From the NCBI RefSeq assembly GCF_009914755.1, contig NC_060928.1: a DNA stretch of 64,000 bases. One strand, written 5' to 3'. This stretch comes from the human T2T-CHM13v2.0 reference genome, Homo sapiens. Below, in pieces: positions 15,627 through 28,114 of this stretch. Positions within the stretch are counted from its first letter, which is position 1. Every line of letters begins with the position of its first letter. Made by a program: the position numbers and the translations under genes. The notes beneath the pieces are model-generated. The model saw only the letters and a list, made by a program, of their open reading frames with translations, was not told the DNA's origin and searched no databases.

Positions 15627-15945
15627 GGCTGGGCACAATGGCTCACGCCTGTAACCCCAGCACTTGAGAGGCTGAGGCGGGTGGATCACTTGAGCTCAGG
15701 AGTTTGAGACCAGCCTGGGCAACATGGCAAAACTCCATCTCTATAAAAAATACAAAACAAATTAGCCTGGTGTGGTGGCATGCACCTGTAGTCACAGCTA
15801 CTCAGGAAGCTGAGGTGGGAGGATCACCCGAGTCCAGGGAGGTTGAAGCTGCAGTGAGCTGTGATCATGGCACTGCACTCCAGCCTGGGCAACGGAGTGA
15901 GAACCCATCTAAAATAAAATAAAATAAAATAAAATAAAATAAAAA
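15627..15945 (+). mobile_element. Alu (J-type) with (AAAAT)n tail
   Basis: Diverged dimer. Confidence 0.92.
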
Positions 15946-16404
15946 GAATGGTGAATTCGTGCCTCAAAAGGAAAAAAAAAATCAATGAATGTATTTCTAG
16001 CCTATAGATAGTTACTGGGCTAGTGCTGCCACTTGGCCTGGTGCTTCAGCTTGTTCATATCGTGACACACCTGCAAATTAATGCATTTGTCTGACACACT
16101 GGGGTAAGCGGATGAAGCTGTTTGGGGCTAGAAGTTACTAGCTGGATATGAGAAGACAGGTGCCCAGGAAGTCTCAGGCCCCACTTTGCTATCTTACCCT
16201 AGGGCTGAGGGGATCAGCATCTTGAAGCTAACAAGTAGCTCATTCTCGGCACACTGGTTCAGAATTTTAGTCTAGCCCATCAGTACTCTGTGTATCAGCC
16301 CCATAAAGCAAGCAGGTAACCAACACCAAATTCAAACAAATCTGCTGGACTGTTTTCCCAGAGTCAATCAGTTACTGGCTATCATCATCAAACTACCAGA
16401 TTTA

Positions 16405-16406
<2 letters not shown>

Positions 16407-16439
<33 letters not shown>

Positions 16440-16445
16440 TGTGTG
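16407..16445. repeat. (GT)n microsatellite
   Basis: About 15 perfect GT units plus an interrupted extension. Confidence 0.95.
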
Positions 16446-16796
16446 GAGGGGGAGGCGGAGGGGGTGTTCTGGGTGAATTCTACCCTCTCTTTCAGCTCCC
16501 ACTCTCACTTAGCAAGGACTTCTTTTTAGTATCAAATTAAGAGAAAGTGCTATGAAGCATAAAAGATGTAATAGACACAGATTCTGCCCTCAAGGAAACC
16601 TCTGTCCTTGGAGATGAAGGAGACATTTACATAAATATGTACTTGTTGAACGAATAAAAAAATTTGCAGAATAAGGTTAAAAGTGACACTTTTCAGAAAA
16701 AAGAGCTATAAAAAAATTGCAGTGGAAATGGGGCAGGAAAAGTTTCCCTCTGGATAGGTTAAAAGAGTCATAGGAAAGAAAAGCAGTGATACCAAC

Positions 16797-17033
16797 TTTT
16801 TTTTTTTGAAACAGGGTCTTGCTCTGTCACCCAGGCTGGAGTGCTCAAGCAATCTTCCTGCCTCAGCTCCCCAGCAGCTGGGACCACAGTTCCCAAGGTC
16901 TCTACACCTCGTGGCAGAGACAGGGTCTCACTATGTTGCCCTGGTCAGTTCTCAAATTCCCGGGCTCAAACAATCCTCCTGCCTCAGCCTCCCAAAGTGC
17001 TGGGATTACAGATGTGAGCCAACATGCCCAGGC
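16797..17033 (-). mobile_element. Alu (J-type), internally deleted
   Basis: Reverse Alu pieces with gaps. Confidence 0.85.
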
Positions 17034-18526
17034 CAATACCAACATACTGAAATGGGCCTCTATGGCACTCAAGTATCCACCCAAAAGAAAGGAAGTAAAA
17101 TATCTGACAATTTAAAATTTACAGTTTGTAAGCAAAACTCTGCTTTACAAAAAGGTGGGGTTGGGGGCAACGGGGAAATGAAGGTTGGAATTATAATTAA
17201 AATGAAATTTTACAAAAGTCATTTAGAAGGTTTTTATTGCTGTTCTCACCCCTCATTGCATCAGATCATTGAGAGCCTGAGAAATGTTACCCCCTTTAAA
17301 ACAACGCACTTTGCCTGCAGAAAAGGGATTCTGGGTCACATACCAGTCCCTGACATCACCCTTCAGTTGTCAGCTTAGACATTTTCTTTCCCAAAGGAAG
17401 CTCTGGCCTATTACCAATGTCAGGAGTTTAGTAAGTGGTGCGGTATCCTACAGAATCCTATAACCTGCTTTGGTGAAGTCAGTTTCCATTTTACCCAACC
17501 AACGGGTCTGAAAATAGCTAGCCCTTTTGCGGCTCTGAATTCCACTAAATGCTTGAGAAATTCACATGGTCACTCTTTGCTCCTGAAGCTGACAGGGCCT
17601 AAAAGTCATTGTTGGGAAGCTGGGCCTGGGCAACCCCATCTCTTCTTGAAAGAAAAACGTCCTATAGTCATTCCTATCTATCACAAGCGAGTAAGGAGCC
17701 TCTCCCTCTCAGTGTCCTCAGACAGGGGATGAGAGTAAAATAAAAGAAATCCTGTTGTGAAAAATACTGTAACTAGAGGTACACTGTGGAAAATCATAGT
17801 TCTGACATTAGTATTAAATTATCACACAAAAAGACCAACTATCCCAAAGACAGGCATTTAAAAAATTGAAGTCTAGAGAGTTGCCCTCCTGTGTGTACCT
17901 GTTTATGTCTTATTACTGGGACTGCAATGATGTGGCTTTGAAGAACTTTGCCAAGCATTTTTTCATCAATCTCATGAGGAGAGGCAACAAGCTGAGAAAC
18001 CGATGAAGCAGAAGAACCAACAAGGTGGCAGAATCTTGCTTCGGGGTACTAAGATGCCAGATTGTGACATCTGGGAGAGTGTGCTGAACGCAATAGAGTG
18101 TGTGTGACCCTTGGAAAAAAGTGTGAATCTGACTTTACTGGAACTGTGCAAACTGGCCACTGACAAAAACGATCCCCACTTGTGTGACTTCAGGGAGATG
18201 CGCTACCGGAATGATCAAGTGAAATCCATCAAAGAATTGGGTGACCATGTAACCAACTTATGCAAGATGGGGGCCCCCAAATCTGGTATCTTTTGGCCAA
18301 GCACACTCTGGGAGACAGTGATGACAAGAGCTAAGCCTTAGGCTGGCTGTCCCATAACCACAGGGTGACTTCCCCAGTCACCAAAGCAGTGCCTACAGGT
18401 AGGGGTTAATTTTACCCATTGAATAAATTGTAGAAAAACTTCCACTTGAATTCTTTCGTTTGTATTAGTCCTTAACATAAAATAATTCGGTACCCCCAAA
18501 GAACAAAATAAAACTGTGAGTGCTAC

Positions 18527-18656
18527 CTGCCATCAAAGAAGAAGAACTTCCCCCGTCCGTTCTTTTCTCCGTGAACAAAGTTCCCCTCAAATCTGTCTGT
18601 GGAGGAGTAGGTGACTGTGCAGAACCCGTGCGGTAATCCGTCATCGTCCAGGTGCC
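18527..18656 (-). CDS. SETD7: SETD7 exon 2 (130 nt; HLDDDGLPHGFCTVTYSSTDRFEGNFVHGEKNGRGKFFFFDG)
   Basis: Pyrimidine-rich acceptor ending tctccag|GG, donor GGCAG|GTAGCA; phase 1 to 2 keeps the frame; not in the ORF track in this frame. Confidence 0.97.
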
Positions 18657-19955
18657 CTGGAGAAAGGGAACCACAAGGCAAACCTTAACATCTTCAGTGC
18701 TCCTCCCATCTGACGTCTAAGCATTCAGATGCTGCCAGACAAGTCCCCCACCCAACTCCCCTCCAGCTGCCAAAGGGTCCCCTCCCTGGAAAGAAAGGGT
18801 AGTCAGCGTGCAAAAGTTTCTCACCTCATCGGCACCAGCAGTACCAAATTGATTGTTATGTACACTTTGTGAACTGATAGGTCCAGAACAGACTTAGACA
18901 CATTCCAGAATATGAACTTTAAATAAGCTTGCTTTTTACCTGGAACTGAGAGTCATTATCAGTAATATTATCTGCAGGGCATGTCACAATTTACCAAGTA
19001 CTCTCCCGAGAGTCCTCATATTTGGAATTGATGCCTCCAATCTCTCATGCTTAACTGAAGTGTGGTTGAGATTCCACTGTTTTATAGTCAATTGCCACAT
19101 ACACAGTCTTTGGAATAAATTATCTAATTCTAGAACATTAAGTATGCAATATGATTTTATACATCATTCTATAATATGATGTGGAGGACTGCTAGCCAGT
19201 CTGAAAATCTCACTGTTATTGTTATATTCACACAAGGAACAGTGTCATATCTTTAAAACTGCCCTAAGATTTATATAGCTCATTGTACAAACACAGAAAC
19301 CCAGAGTCCTTCTCACCTTAAACTTAAGCTTAACCTTAAACCTACTGGTTTACTTTACAAAATCTTTCAGCTTTGAATGTTTAGTAATAACCTTATCCTA
19401 TACCGTCCACCACTGTGTCTCAGAGGGCTTGTGTTTTAAATGGAGCCAGAGTATGCACATGGTCATTTAAGCAATGATTGTGAACATCAGCAGAAGTTAT
19501 TACATGGACTTTTAAGTCACTGGTTATTCCTAGGTCAAAGATTGGTATAGTTTAATACTGACATTTACAGTCAATGTTTATGCTTTTTATTACTATCTAC
19601 ATGTTTTACAAAACCCAGGAATCACCTTATTGGTGTCTTCCCAATCATTCTGGTGAGCTGATTTTGCAGAGGTGGGTGAAAATGAAGGCAGTAGTTATTC
19701 TACTGGCTTTTTCTTGGGGTAATAACCTGGGTCATGGAGAGAAAAGGTATGAAAACATTAAACACTGTGTCTAATGCAGGGACATTAAACATTGAAATGT
19801 AGCTTCCAGATGGCTCACAGACATAAAAGGCAACACAAACCATACTACCACAGTGAAAGCTTTAGTCTCCTCAAATAATTTATTCTAACATGATAAAAGA
19901 ATATTAGCCCTTGGAAAAGATGGTAAGTACACACTCTTATAAAGAATAAATATGC

Positions 19956-20271
<316 letters not shown>

Positions 20272-21119
20272 TTATTTGTATCATTAATTACATAAACATA
20301 AAATAGCTGCAAACAACTACAGTGTTTTATTGCTACATCTGACTCTGTATACAATGGGTTACCTAGAACATCTTACAATAAGACACATCTACTTAAATAA
20401 ATCATAATCAATATGGATCCCTTCCTCTTAACACAAAAGAGGAAAGGCCCAGGAAATTAATGGTCAGAAGGGAACTAGGCCATAATTGCTTTCTTCTCGC
20501 TCAAAAACTAATTGTACATGACATAAATTCAATGACATTTGAGTCATATGAAATCACTTGGACAATTATTTTCTAAATATCTGATGCCATTTCTCTCATT
20601 GAAATAAATTAAATTTGCTTTTTTCTTTTCATTAAAAAAAGCCACTCAGTGTATTGCTAAGAGCTTTTTTTAGTGAAATGTTGTTGCGATCAAGTTAAAT
20701 TTAGGCATATAAATTCAGTGTCCTACTTTTGATTTAGGTATTAATATCCAAATAATCAGTTTAGCCTCATACTAGAGCATTTATTAACTTGTTGAAAATG
20801 CTTTCACCATAGAAAACAGTTCACATATTTCAGAGTTTTAAAAGCTTATGTTTGATAAAATGTGTTATTCCACTTTAGATTGAGAGAATTACAATAAATC
20901 TGAACACTAAGAAAAAAATGTCCAATATAAATTAATTTCCACCTTCCTTCAGCCCTGTGCTATTTCTGAATAAAACACTGAAGGTGCACCCTCAGCAATG
21001 GAATTTAGATATTAGGGAAAGTTGAAAGTGTCATATAACATACTGTAAGCCCTTGGAGGATAGTACTGATCCCAGTTGAGATGACAACAAAAATGTCAAC
21101 TCCACTCCATGAAGAATTA

Positions 21120-21782
<663 letters not shown>

Positions 21783-23345
21783 TCAGTGCCTTTCAACAGG
21801 CAAATGAAGAGGAGCCCTATCATCATCTTAATCTCTTGGGAGAGACAAGGTCAGGGGAGAGCTACCAAATGATGGCCATTACTCTGGTGACCTTGCACAT
21901 TAAGGAGGTGCTTGGACATGTGACCACTCCCTATCATTCTGAAGGCTTTTAGATTGCTGGTTGTGAGAGAATTCTGAAATCTATTCGACGACAGCAGGAG
22001 CCTCTTCCTGGCTTGTTTTGTTTTCTTTACATCCCTAGGGTGTGATCAATTAAAGGAACTAGAGATTAAGGGTTGTGATCATTCGAGACTTCCACTCTGA
22101 ATATTTAATATCCCGGATTAGTTTTCCTAGCAGTAGAACTTTATGTCTAAAACAGCAGCCACAACCAAAACAATAACAGAGACTTTCCATGAGAAAGAGA
22201 AGAGACTAGGTTGCAGTGCTCTTACATCTTCTTTCAACATTAGTGCTAGAACAGAATCTGACATAACTTTTTCAAATGCCAATAAGATCATTAATATTTG
22301 GACAATAAGATCATGTAATATTTTGTCATGTCAGTAAGTCAATTTAATGCACAGGGGTACTGATAAACAGAGGAGAAAAAAAGTGTATGAATCTACTATG
22401 ATCGGCATTGGGTTATATGCTTTCCTGTTATCAAATGTAAGCCTCAAAACAGTCTCCCATATTCTCATCTTACAGATGAAGACACCAATGCTTTATGAGA
22501 CTTGCCCAAGAGACATTGCCACACTGAGTGTGCTGATGAATACTGAAAGCCCCTTCTCCAAATCCTTTAATTCCCATTCTAGACACTGGCAAACTAGTTG
22601 AACACACTCTTCCTTGGTGATGGTAAGAAGGTACCTCTAAAAAGGTAGGAACCCCCAGGTCCCTGGCAGGGAAGTGGAAGAAGGCTTTGTGGTTAAGATC
22701 ATTCACACAGAACCACCAGGTTTCCAACAGCATATCCCGGTTGCAAAGTCCTATCTCTTCCAAGTGTTATCTAACTTGAAGGGAAACACTAGTCCTCCTT
22801 GCTCTGCATGAGGTCAATTTGTAAAATGCGCCAAGTCAGCCAACAGCCTTCCAGGCGAGTTCCCACTGAACAGAGGGTGAATACCAGGCCCAAGCAACAG
22901 GGAAAATTAACTTGAATGACTGCTCTGTGTTTTTAAGGTTGCCGGAGCTAATGTTCTGTGTATCTGTCTGTAGCATGATTTTAAATATTTACAGAAGTTA
23001 GAGAAAGGAAAAAAGTATCAGTTCACAAGTCTACTTTTTCACTTTATTCTATGGTCATTATCTATTGAACAGATAGAAAGTTACAATTTTCCCCTCTAGT
23101 TACTTCTGAGGGAGCTTCTTCCTGAATCTGATAAGAGCCAGGCCTATATTCTAAGCAGCAATGTACATCTCAATCTCAGCAAAGTAAATTCCCTCTGGAT
23201 CAGACACCCAGCTGCTTAATGTCTCAGGCTTACTCACAAGAGATCTGAGAGTGGCGTGTGAGTATTTCCCTTAGAACCAGAGACCCTACGCACACACTGT
23301 TGGTTTTGTACACTAGAACATTGCTTTAAAAAACAACAATTAATA

Positions 23346-23478
23346 GGCCGGGCGCGGTGGCTCATGCCTGTAATCCCAGCACTTTGGGAAGCCAAGGTGG
23401 ATCTCTTGAGCCCAGGAGACCAGTCTGGGCAATACAGTGAGACCCCATCTCATTAAATAAATAAATAAATTGAAAAAC
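23346..23478 (+). mobile_element. FLAM/Alu monomer
   Basis: Single monomer; aaaaaacaacaat on both flanks. Confidence 0.85.
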
Positions 23479-23599
23479 AAAAAACAACAATAATAAAAGG
23501 CAAGCTTATTCTGTTTAATGCAAAGAACATGCCCTCCTGGTGATGCATTCAATCACCAACTCTTAAAAACATAACTTGATGTTTTGATCTTTTTAAAAT

Positions 23600-23690
23600 T
23601 TTTTAATTTTTTAGGTTTTTAAAAAATTATTTCAACTTTTATTTTAGATCCGGGGGTACATATGAAAGTTTGTTACCTGGATAATTTTTT
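23600..23690 (-). mobile_element. Short L1 3'-terminal fragment
   Basis: tttcaacttttattttagatccgggggtacatatg...tttgttac. Confidence 0.7.
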
Positions 23691-23989
23691 TTAAGGGTAA
23701 TTGTTGGCAAGGGTTCATCTATTAATTGTGAGGGTCATGATTTTAATGTGTGGCCCACACAGAAAGGGTGCTACAAATACACTTCATATGCATTTTCCCT
23801 AGATACAGGGCATGAGCACTCTTAGCAGAGACAAGTAGAATCTGATATTAGGGGGAGTGTTAATAAAAAATATTCTTAATATTTTGAAGGGGTTGTGGCA
23901 GTGGAACACTGAGCTGCTTATTTTCATTCTGGCCCCTTGTTCTGATATTTCCCCTTTTTGATCATTCTTCCTCCATGTCTCCTACACAT

Positions 23990-24545
23990 TTCCAGGCCCT
24001 TCTGTTTTTCCTGCCATCATAACTGTGCATCTGGACCACTGCAAAGAGACTTCAAGGTACCTCATCTGCTGTGTCAGCCCCTCTGACTGTCCTGCTGGCC
24101 ACTGCCTGTTCCTCTTCCCGGAGTGGAGCCTTGATCCTGTCATTCCCTTTTCTAAAGAGCCCCCACGGCTTCCATGGCTTCCAGCACACAGTCCATGCTC
24201 TCAGCCTGCTACCCAGCCTCCTTTCCCTGTCTTCCCCTCCACTTTTCTCCTTGTAAGCTCCATGTTGCAGCAAAATCAAATGACTGTTCTCTGGGTGCAC
24301 CCGCAGAATTCCATGCCTCCGTGTCTTCACTCACAAAGTTCCCCTCTCAACCTGACTCAGCTCTATGGCACCTCTTCTGGAAAATCTTTCCCCTTTGACT
24401 TCCCTAAGCTGGAACTAATTTTTACTTCCTCTCAACCATCACAATTCATCTGTATAGATATATTTATTTGAAATCATATTAGAGACCACATCATATTCAT
24501 CTTTGTATCTATGGGTAGACAAAGAAATAGATGCTGTGATAAATT
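23990..24545 (+). mobile_element. Degenerate L2
   Basis: C/T-rich L2 3'-end-like motifs. Confidence 0.5.
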
Positions 24546-25114
24546 TCTGTTTCCAGATGCCCAGGGGAATAACACTGGAAAACTAAACATCACTCTTCAC
24601 TGAACCAGTGTGTCTCAAAGTGTTTTCCAAAAGCCACACCAGAGCTCAGGTGGAGCTCTGAGGTCCTCTGAGGCCCAGGGCTTGCTGCCTTCTTCCCACA
24701 AGAGCACAGCCAACACAGTACACAGAACACTCTCTCGACACAGCCTCCGCCACTCCCCTCACCTCAGGGAATTGTCCACTCTGAGTTCAGAACTTTCCCA
24801 GAGTTACAATCATACCCTGACAGAGAACCAAATGCACATGATATATAAGACATTTAAACTCAATCCTGAAGAGACTAATTTCTTCCCCAGAGTAAATCTC
24901 TAATGAAGAAGAAAAAAGATAGCTATTGCAGAGGACACAGGTTCTTTCTCCCCAAATACATTTTTCTGAAAGTCACTGAACTCTGTCAGAACCAACCTCT
25001 ACAGAGTTACACTGATAAAAAATGGCACTGACATAATATTTAACTGTTGCTTCCAAACTCAGTTATCAAGTGTTTCATAAATTTGACTAACTCATTAAAA
25101 ATAAAAAATGTAGG

Positions 25115-25360
25115 AAGACAGTTTGGTCTGGTGGAGGGCTGTTTTGGAAGTCCAAGCCAGTCTCTCCACCTCACTGAGTGTTCTTGGATTAGTCCTTAAC
25201 TTCTGTATGCCTCAGTTCCCGCCTCTGTAAAATTAGGATAATATTAGTACCCACCTCATAAGACTGAATAAGACTGAATGGATAATGTCTGTGAAACACT
25301 TAGCACAGAGCCTGCACTTAATAAGAACTAAACAATTATAGCAATGATAATAATAGCTAT
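25115..25360 (+). mobile_element. MIR
   Basis: gcctcagttcc..ctgtaaaa...acttagcacagagcctg. Confidence 0.8.
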
Positions 25361-25689
25361 GACAATGAAACTACTGAGAACAGAGGCTCTGTTTATGGAA
25401 AGAGGTAGATTAGTTGGTACTTAAACACTAAGATATTCAGACTAGCTTCTCTTTGGGAAAGAACAGAAGCAGTTTATACCAGTCCCCTATGTAAGTGTTA
25501 GATGTTATGTAAAGACTATTGCAAACAGCACTAAAAAGGCCAAGAATGGCTGGACAAGAGTGCACGCACAGGTACGGTTTACTGCATGTGCACACACACA
25601 CTCCTGGCACTGTGCAAGTTAGAGCCTGAGATGCTTCTAGGGGCTTTTAAAGATTCTGTGCTGCTCTAATTGTTTAGTTAGCTACAACT

Positions 25690-25820
25690 GAGTGACCATG
25701 TGTCCCAGATTGCCCCAGACATTCAAGGCTTAAGCTACCTGCCCCAGCATCATTATTAATAGTGTGCCCTCTCATTCTCAAGGGGGTTCTGATTTTGGAC
25801 AATAATGTACATAATTACCC
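25690..25820 (+). mobile_element. MER94-like hAT-Blackjack MITE
   Basis: gtgaccatgtgtcccag...attattaatagtgtgccctctcattctcaa...attaccct. Confidence 0.7.
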
Positions 25821-27704
25821 TATAAAACAAAACCATCCCTGTTTATATGAACTTCCCTGTTTTCGAATCCAGTGGATGTTCTCAAAAAACAATACTGCCA
25901 TTTCTAAAGCTCTTGGTCACAGTCTGCAAAGGAGCCTGAGGACTATGGACAACTGGACATATGTTTGTAAACAGCTTCAAAGGGGAATGGATGTGGTTTA
26001 ACATGGAGAACAGTACCAGCAATTAAGGGTTTGTATTTAATTTTTACAAGTAAAAGTAAACGTTGAAGAAAGAGAGCAAGCCCTAACAATCTGAGATCAT
26101 TTTTCCTTTATCTTTCACAACATGGAGGCACAAGAAGTCAACAACTTTTAACTTCTCAGAAGGCTCCCTGTGGATCAACTCAATCAATGTATCTGGGCCT
26201 CACTCCAGTAAGCCCCAACATTGGCTTTATTTATTAGAGAGATAAATAGCTCTGTGAGTTCACAACATGGTGAAAATTTTCTTAACAAAAACCACAGTCT
26301 TTAATTGGCTTCGAAGTTAGATGAAGAAATAAGTTTTAATATTGGCATTACATTGGATACTTTTCAAGAGTTCAGAAATATTAGTCTGCTTAATCTCCCC
26401 TTAAGATCTCAGAAGCACTGCAAAGGGAGTTATGTTTATGAAAACATTAAAACTGATTTTTCCCTAGTGTAACAATAACCATGTATCCTTATGCATTTGT
26501 AGTGTCGCCACTTTTTTTCTTTATCCTTCGTCAGAACTTGTGTTTATACAAATCAGACAGAAACCAGATTCAACCAACAGCTAAAAATTATTTACTCACA
26601 TGCTTAGTTTAAAACATTCTGGTATCATACCACACCACACTGAAAAACATCACGACGTACTGTATGGAGTGGAACCAAATAAATACGCTAAAGAGTATTT
26701 TCCAGTATTCGCTGTTACAAAATCATAACATCCTATGATACAAACAACGAGATTGTATAACGTCCCCACATCGTTTTTTCAGAACTAACAAAAAAAAAAA
26801 AAAAAAGGTGGAGAAACTCAGCAAAACAAAGTGGCGAGAAAAGTCGGGGGAGGGGCGGTAGAAGAGAAGGGGCGGAGAAACACGACACTGAGGCGGTGAT
26901 ATCACCCACAGCCAACGGCATGGAATTCAGAAAGTTAAGTGTCACCCAGCAATCTCGGTGCGGACTCGCGGCGCGCCTGCACAGCGTGGCGGCTGCATCC
27001 CAGCCAAGCAGGAAGGGGGAGGGGGAGGCCTGACTGAGTTCGCTCGGGGGCAGCTGAGGGGAGGGCTGCCCGCCTCCCGGACGGCGCACGTTCGAGTCCC
27101 GGGTCGGGAGACTTGTCCGTCGCCCGACAATGATTTCATCTTTTCGGAAGAGCTGCCGCCTGGGCCGCGGCTGCCACGTGCCTGGTCTGGCCCCGTGCGC
27201 TGCGCCGGGGGACCTACCCGGACGGGGCCGCGGCCGCCGCGGGGCGCAGAGGCAGCAGAAGGGAAGGGCTGGCGGCCGGGAGGGGATCGGGGTGGCCAAA
27301 ACTGGGCTAGGGGATTGCTCCGCGGAGTCCGCCGGCCTCAAGGGGCTGCCCTGCGGAGTGCACCCACCCTCCGCGCCCAAAGGCGGAAAGGCCAGAGCGC
27401 GGGGCAGGTTTCGCAACTCCGAGGGTGGATGCAGGCTGTGGCCGGGCGGGATGGAGCGGCCGTGCGTTTCCAGCGCCCCCGGCCTGGCGGAGCCCCATTC
27501 TCGGCCTGCGCCCCGCCGCGCAGTGCGCGCTCCCGGCGGCGTGACCGTGGCTGTCGGGCCCCCGCCCGAGCCGGGCAACCGGCCACCCGTGTAGGGGACA
27601 GTGGCGGCCGCGGGGCCCGGCGCCGCGCTGTTCGCAGCCCGCCACTCCTTCCGCGCTCCAGGCCCTCTGCGCCTCCTCCCCCGGCCCCGGAGAAATGCTT
27701 GTAC

Positions 27705-27744
27705 CTTCCACCGCCTCCTCCACCATCTCGTCGTCGCTATCCAT
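27705..27744 (-). CDS. SETD7: SETD7 exon 1 coding part (40 nt; MDSDDEMVEEAVE+G)
   Basis: ATG at 27744-27742 in a perfect Kozak context GCCGCCATGG; donor GAAG|GTACAA. Confidence 0.97.
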
Positions 27745-28020
27745 GGCGGCTGGGGACACTGCCCAGCTCGGGGCTGCGCGGCTGCCTCCCGTCCCTCTGG
27801 GTGCTCCCGGCGGCTGAGCGAGCTCTGGGGCTCGCGAGTTTGGAGGAGGAGGAGGAAGAGGAGGAGCAGTCGGGGCTGGCTCGCACTGCCTCCCCCTACA
27901 GCCCTTTCAATTCCTTGGCCTTCAGCTGCTGCGGCAGCAGCCGTCGTCCCCCCTCCCTTCGCCCACTTGCCCCTCGCCTCGGAGGCTCCGGTGTGCCGCC
28001 TTGGCCGCTGCCGCTGCTGC
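27745..28020 (-). other. SETD7: Probable SETD7 5' UTR, GC-rich, with CCT and GCG/GCA triplet tracts
   Basis: Directly upstream of the ATG; no minus-strand ATG between 27745 and 28071; 5' boundary not determinable. Confidence 0.6.
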
Positions 28021-28068
28021 AACTTTCTCCTGTAATACCCTCTCTTTGTTATCGAGCAGCTGATCCGC

Positions 28069-28076
28069 TGACATCA
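28069..28076 (+). promoter_or_regulatory. CRE/ATF-like site TGACATCA
   Basis: One mismatch to TGACGTCA in the proximal promoter. Confidence 0.4.
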
Positions 28077-28104
28077 CCCAGCGCCGGTGCGCTCCCTCCC
28101 TCGC

Positions 28105-28114
28105 TGATTGACAG
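28105..28114 (+). promoter_or_regulatory. PBX-PKNOX/MEIS decamer TGATTGACAG
   Basis: Exact TALE heterodimer consensus ~360 bp upstream of the ATG. Confidence 0.6.

Noticed and set aside
27307-27704. 150-aa ORF continuing exon 1 into intron 1
   Set aside because: Read-through past the real donor at 27704; no sign of a terminal exon
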